Below, piece by piece: positions 16,901-20,389 of a DNA stretch of 20,389 nucleotides; the first letter of the stretch is position 1, and the number at the start of each line of letters is the position of its first letter. The notes beneath the pieces were generated by a model, which was given only the letters and a program-made list of their open reading frames with translations, made no database searches and was not told the DNA's origin. Source of the DNA: Promethearchaeota archaeon (lineage in GTDB: Archaea; Asgardarchaeota; Lokiarchaeia; Sigyniarchaeales; SOKP01); NCBI GenBank assembly GCA_048938005.1, contig JBHLMQ010000055.1:1-20389 (forward strand). The letters are read 5' to 3'. The position numbers and the translations under genes are program-made.

Positions 16901-17876
16901 CCCAATCGATTTTAATAACTCCTATGGTTATACATATGATAATGGAACCACAATTTTAAATATAAAAATAAAAAATACTGGAGATATCATATTTACATTG
17001 GATTCGGTTTATCTAGCAGAATCTTTAACAGAACCTTTAACACCAGTTAATTCTCTGGATTTCTATCCACTAAGTGGCAACCCATATTTAGAAAGCAATC
17101 AAGAAGATGTAATAATTATATATGCAACCGGTGGTACAAATAATTACACTAGTGGAAATGTGAATGATGAAATATTAGTATGTATTACTGGAAATTTCGG
17201 AACTACTGTTGCTTCGGATATCGGATATATTCATACTATAAGAGATCGAGAAGATATCCAAATTATTGAAGAGATTGATGGAAAGGCGGTTTCATACATA
17301 TACGCAAACGAGACTGGGAAACTGCTAATTAAAAATACGGGAAACGAACCAATAAACTTAACTAATATATATATTAATAATACATTGGTAAGTAATTTAG
17401 AATACCTATATGGAGATGGCTCTTTAGATATCCAAGAATGTAGTATAGTAAAATTTGATATTACTGGTTTAAAGATTAACAAATCAAATGAGGTATTAGT
17501 AAATGTTACAACAACTAATCCATCAATATTTACAACTATAACATTAAATGCTTACGTAGATTCTGCATATTATAATATAATAATCGATGATGTTGGAACA
17601 TCAGCGATTAATCCTGGAGATTTGACAATCTTAATAGAAAATATGGGGTTACTAAATGTTACACTCGCTTCTGTTTATATTAATAATACCTACTTCTCCT
17701 TGGATGCTTTCAATAAACTATCCATAGAGATTGGTTCAGGAGATTCACTGGAATTAACTATTGATATGAGTGATGTTATAGATAAAATTCCTACAGTTAG
17801 TGATGGTGCTAGTTTAGAAATATTAGTACGTACTGAAGAAGGGGCTGAAGATACTCACGAAGAAATCGTTATTTAA
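13965..17876 (+). CDS. aglB: Oligosaccharyltransferase STT3/AglB with C-terminal tandem Ig-like repeats
   Basis: Multi-TM N-terminal half with AFDPW, FFDNE, SWGGY and SVAEQ. WWDYG at 15543-15557, DNATLNRT, and GDEGKWPWMVRI (DK motif). A ~570-aa beta-rich C-terminal extension follows. Confidence 0.95.
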   Translation: MVKIVASLRNFRDRIRTSISVKTSNILFFIALILVVVLAIVIRCSPLIRGNLLIKAFDPWIQWYNADYLNEHTLFEYFNWYDTKSWFPTGIYRGGVRPGLTFTVVIIYKILNFLGLPVSLYQICFFFPAFMGGVTVLVMYFLGKEVFNRATGLFAAFFLAFNPGYLQRTTAGFFDNETIGVFATLMTFLFYLKAARTGKFTYSVIGGLSLGYLSLSWGGYQFVFLIIPIISIILILTNKYNENLLISYAGVQGTGLFVFSLYILFKHERLFTDLEIGGVFLFTIIFLIFHIIHTKKSEYPNFYDRLIKIIKWVLIPGILIFGLIIWVAPEIIPFGFGARFLTILSPLFREQISLVASVAEQMPSAWSVFYYDTLIPLLLVPLGIYFCFRRLNAADIFLIAFVILMYYFTGSMIRIILIFAPAAALIGAYGLVNILKIFGSFIGERKISVSRKRRRQLKGTLGNSEVFAVFFVVGFLCISQVVHATDIAVDQMSYGQMAPLQGQVHDWEETLSWMKANLKGTDVVVSWWDYGYWLTPVGNVTTVNDNATLNRTRIGLTGMALMQTNEIYSAKAFRRLKADYVLVFFGFLINGLGGDEGKWPWMVRICNDQYAKYLKMGWREDNWAENSVFDYSEYQNETTGRLGNKWFQSTLAKLMFWGERTDPNDQAHNDLSQYYANQISDRVTQEGELWAEEIPFNGRYDSQVFVKEYFSKLGLVKLFRVDYTVLDSSFIIKNAEVFDSGYATFKLKNTGTKDLFIDAVEINGVDYDFVMSSVNNTVVQGTDSLVWVDIKSKGTTFNQDDVVSINVTAQSEALYGRTYEFTNATSNFFVKKAVQGEIKINKENSKVIQVNPSIFDVYLEVENIGDTITVLDRFYVNNDTIENRFNSETIKYLNGSAILEPGQKANVYLPNAPASFSLAVPPDYIPEYNKIGVATPNNIYDEILFTSNVENFSLSILSEERILSPELLASLNGNFRKHIPIDFNNSYGYTYDNGTTILNIKIKNTGDIIFTLDSVYLAESLTEPLTPVNSLDFYPLSGNPYLESNQEDVIIIYATGGTNNYTSGNVNDEILVCITGNFGTTVASDIGYIHTIRDREDIQIIEEIDGKAVSYIYANETGKLLIKNTGNEPINLTNIYINNTLVSNLEYLYGDGSLDIQECSIVKFDITGLKINKSNEVLVNVTTTNPSIFTTITLNAYVDSAYYNIIIDDVGTSAINPGDLTILIENMGLLNVTLASVYINNTYFSLDAFNKLSIEIGSGDSLELTIDMSDVIDKIPTVSDGASLEILVRTEEGAEDTHEEIVI
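16160..17873 (+). repeat. Five degenerate protein-level repeats (~100-140 aa, Ig-like beta-sandwich) inside aglB
   Basis: Repeated core h-x-h-[KE]-N-x-G-x(3)-h-x-h-x(2)-h-[YE]-h-N, with the N codon at 16209, 16551, 16974, 17334 and 17640. Boundaries are approximate. Confidence 0.75.
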
Positions 17877-18024
17877 TTAAAATTTTAAATTTTTATTCAG
17901 AGATTATTTTCTATTTTTCGTAAAAATCATAAGATATTATTCATAAGAATATCTATAGTGTTACCTCTCGTATAATACCTTTAATAAATATATAAAAATA
18001 ATTAGAAGTTATTCGTTAACTCTT

Positions 18025-20022
18025 ATGAGCGCTAGCTTTCAACTCTATACTGACTTCAAACCTGCTGGAGATCAACCCTTGGCGATTTCCATTCTTGCAA
18101 ATAATATTAAGGATGGTAAACGTTTTCAAACTTTATTAGGGGCTACTGGTACTGGAAAAACTTTTACTATTGCTAATATAATTCAAAATATTCAGAAACC
18201 AACTTTAGTGATGGCTCCAAATAAAACATTAGCAGCTCAACTATATAATGAATTAAAAGAGCTTTTCCCAAATAATGCCGTCCATTATTTTGTATCTTAT
18301 TATGATTACTATCAACCTGAGGCTTATATGCCAATTTCTGGCTTATATATTGAAAAAGATTTTAGCGTTAATGAAGAAATTGAACGTTTAAGACTTGCAG
18401 CCGCTCACGCTGTAAGAACTCGAAGAGATGTAATCATTGTAGCGACTGTCTCCTGTATCTATGGCTTAGGTAATCCAGATCTTTGGGAGAAGATTGCTCT
18501 TTATGTAGAAGTAGGTATGAATATAAAAAGATCTGAAATTTTAAAGAAACTAGTAAAAATGAATTATGAACGAAATGATATCGAATTTAAACCAGGGAAA
18601 GTACGAGTAAAAGGGGACATCATTGATATATATCCTGCATATCTAAATAATGGAGTTAGACTCTCTCTATTTGGGGATGAAATTGAATCTATTACAGAGA
18701 TTCATCCCATTTCCAATAATCCAATAAAAGTAGTACCCAATTATCGAATTTTTCCCGCTACTCACTTTATAATCCCAGATGAAAATAAAGCAAGGGCACT
18801 TGAACTTATAGCAGAAGAACTAGAAGAGCGAATTAAATTTTTTAAAAGTCAGAAAAAATATGCTGAAGCGAAATGGATCGAGAGAAGAGTTAAATTTGAT
18901 TTAGAAATGATGAAAGAAATGGGATGGTGTAAAGGTATAGAAAATTATTCGAGACCTTTAGATGGTAGACCACCAGGAACACCTCCCATGACTTTAATGG
19001 ATTACTTTCCAGATGATTTTTTAATAGTTGTTGATGAATCTCATATAACAATTCCACAAATTCATGGGATGATTGGAGGGGATCGTTCTCGTAAAAAGAA
19101 CCTTGTGGATTATGGATGGCGTTTGCCAAGTGCCTATGATAATAGACCTCTTACATTTGAAGAATGGGTAAGTAAAATAAATTATATTATTTTCATGAGC
19201 GCTACTCCGGGAGATTATGAGTTAGAAAAAAGTGGGGGAATTTCTGCAGAACAAATAATTCGACCAACCGGTCTTGTTGATCCCAGAGTAGAAATAAGAC
19301 CTGCAAAAAATCAAATTGATGATTTATTAGAAGAAATCCGAAAAGTAATTAGTAATAATGGTAGAACTCTTATAACAACTCTGACAAAAAGAATGGCTGA
19401 AGATATTGCAGAATATTATAACGAACTAGGATTGAAAATAACATATTTACACTCAGAAGTCGATACTGTTGAAAGATTTGAAATACTACGTCAATTGAGG
19501 GATGGTACTTTTGATGTTCTTGTTGGAATTAATCTTTTAAGAGAAGGTTTAGATTTACCAGAAGTACAATTAGTTGCAATTTTGGATGCAGATAAATTAG
19601 GATTTTTAAGAGATACTCGTTCTTTAATACAAACTATTGGAAGGGCTTCGAGAAATGTTGAAGGAAAAGCAATTTTATATGGAGATAGGATTTCTCCAGC
19701 TATGAAAGCAGCAATAGATGAAACAAATAGAAGGAGAAATAAACAAGCTAGATATAATGAAGAAAATAAAATTACTCCTCAAACGATTAAAAAAAACATC
19801 TTAAAATCTCTATCAGAAGAGCAAGAGTTTAAAGACAGAGAAGTTAAGAAATTGAAACAAAGTGTAAAAAATAAAATTAAACAACTTGAAAGCAAAGGAG
19901 ATATGGATATTGTTATTGAATATCTAGAAAATAAAATGTTCATGGCAGCAAGAGAACTAAGATTTGAAGATGCTGCTTATTTAAGAGATAAAATAAAAGA
20001 AATAAAAGAGGATTACCTTTAA
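18025..20022 (+). CDS. uvrB: Excinuclease ABC subunit B
   Basis: PAGDQP, GATGTGKT, beta-hairpin YYDYYQPEAY, GIENYSR, DESH, SATPG, GINLLREGLDLPEV, QTIGRASRN, and C-terminal UVR domain (AARELRFEDAAYLRD). Confidence 0.98.
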   Translation: MSASFQLYTDFKPAGDQPLAISILANNIKDGKRFQTLLGATGTGKTFTIANIIQNIQKPTLVMAPNKTLAAQLYNELKELFPNNAVHYFVSYYDYYQPEAYMPISGLYIEKDFSVNEEIERLRLAAAHAVRTRRDVIIVATVSCIYGLGNPDLWEKIALYVEVGMNIKRSEILKKLVKMNYERNDIEFKPGKVRVKGDIIDIYPAYLNNGVRLSLFGDEIESITEIHPISNNPIKVVPNYRIFPATHFIIPDENKARALELIAEELEERIKFFKSQKKYAEAKWIERRVKFDLEMMKEMGWCKGIENYSRPLDGRPPGTPPMTLMDYFPDDFLIVVDESHITIPQIHGMIGGDRSRKKNLVDYGWRLPSAYDNRPLTFEEWVSKINYIIFMSATPGDYELEKSGGISAEQIIRPTGLVDPRVEIRPAKNQIDDLLEEIRKVISNNGRTLITTLTKRMAEDIAEYYNELGLKITYLHSEVDTVERFEILRQLRDGTFDVLVGINLLREGLDLPEVQLVAILDADKLGFLRDTRSLIQTIGRASRNVEGKAILYGDRISPAMKAAIDETNRRRNKQARYNEENKITPQTIKKNILKSLSEEQEFKDREVKKLKQSVKNKIKQLESKGDMDIVIEYLENKMFMAARELRFEDAAYLRDKIKEIKEDYL

Positions 20023-20216
20023 TCTTAAATTAATCCATTAATATTTAATTTTGCTCCTATAATTAAATTTAATAATAATTTTATATTCTCCAATCAGTTT
20101 GAGCTCATGATTAGAAAATTAACACCCATTGGGAGTAAAAATAGAATATTTGAGGATTATAAAATAAATCCATGAAATTTTTGTTTTATAAATGATTATA
20201 AATATTAGTTATAATA

Positions 20217-20348
20217 ATGAGTCAGAATTCAATCATTATTAAAGGAGCAAGGTAGAATAACCTTAAAAACATTGATGTTGTAGTTCCACGAAATAAATTA
20301 GTGGTTATTACAGGAATTAGTGGAAGTGGCATTCTTCTGAACTTATAA
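20217..20348 (+). pseudogene. uvrA: Degraded 5' fragment of uvrA
   Basis: Manual translation from ATG 20217 gives [42 protein letters not shown]. This matches the UvrA N-terminus (GARxxNLKN...PRxKLxVxTGxSGSGKSS), with an in-frame TAG at 20253-20255 and loss of similarity at the Walker A Lys. Confidence 0.85.
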
Positions 20349-20389
20349 TTTCAATTAATCTCGGTTTTGTTGATAAGAGCACGTTCTTC

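Noticed and set aside
9423-19129. Short ORFs nested in csl4, METTL5, eno, truA, aglB and uvrB (9423, 10008, 11072, 11558, 13436, 15730, 17231, 18890)
   Set aside because: Shadow ORFs of well-supported genes.
20253-20255. In-frame TAG in uvrA as pyrrolysine or a recoded codon
   Set aside because: TAG serves as a normal stop for truA and the 4268-5053 ORF, and the uvrA frame also collapses at Walker A, so a pseudogene is the simpler explanation.
1-20389. tRNA/rRNA genes, CRISPR arrays, IS elements, inteins
   Set aside because: No GC-rich structured intergenic islands, spaced repeats or transposase motifs were seen. RfcS and the other proteins have normal lengths with no intein motifs.

Overview
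AT-rich archaeal chromosomal segment, most consistent with an Asgard archaeon of the Lokiarchaeia type. This is inferred from archaeal information-processing genes plus an Arf-like small GTPase and a eukaryote-like STT3/AglB. Gene order: gins15 (5' end outside the window) >< nop10-aIF2alpha, a putative metal-dependent hydrolase, tungsten aldehyde:ferredoxin oxidoreductase, an orphan, a stand-alone EF-1alpha, an Arf-like GTPase, a minus-strand RNA-metabolism cluster (csl4, DUF2067-like, rpoL, Mini-III-like RNase III, DUF99), a METTL5-like methyltransferase, enolase, rfcS, truA, a 1303-aa STT3/AglB, uvrB, and a decayed uvrA 5' remnant that the ORF track missed. No rRNA, tRNA, CRISPR array or mobile element was seen. 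Most genes are housekeeping. The most notable points are: (i) STT3 fused to five tandem Ig-like, sequon-rich repeats; (ii) a GTPase whose first beta-strand lies upstream of any canonical start codon; (iii) RpoL with a ~66-aa highly acidic N-terminal extension; (iv) the uvrA pseudogene; (v) a rearranged GINS/aIF2alpha/Nop10 cluster.
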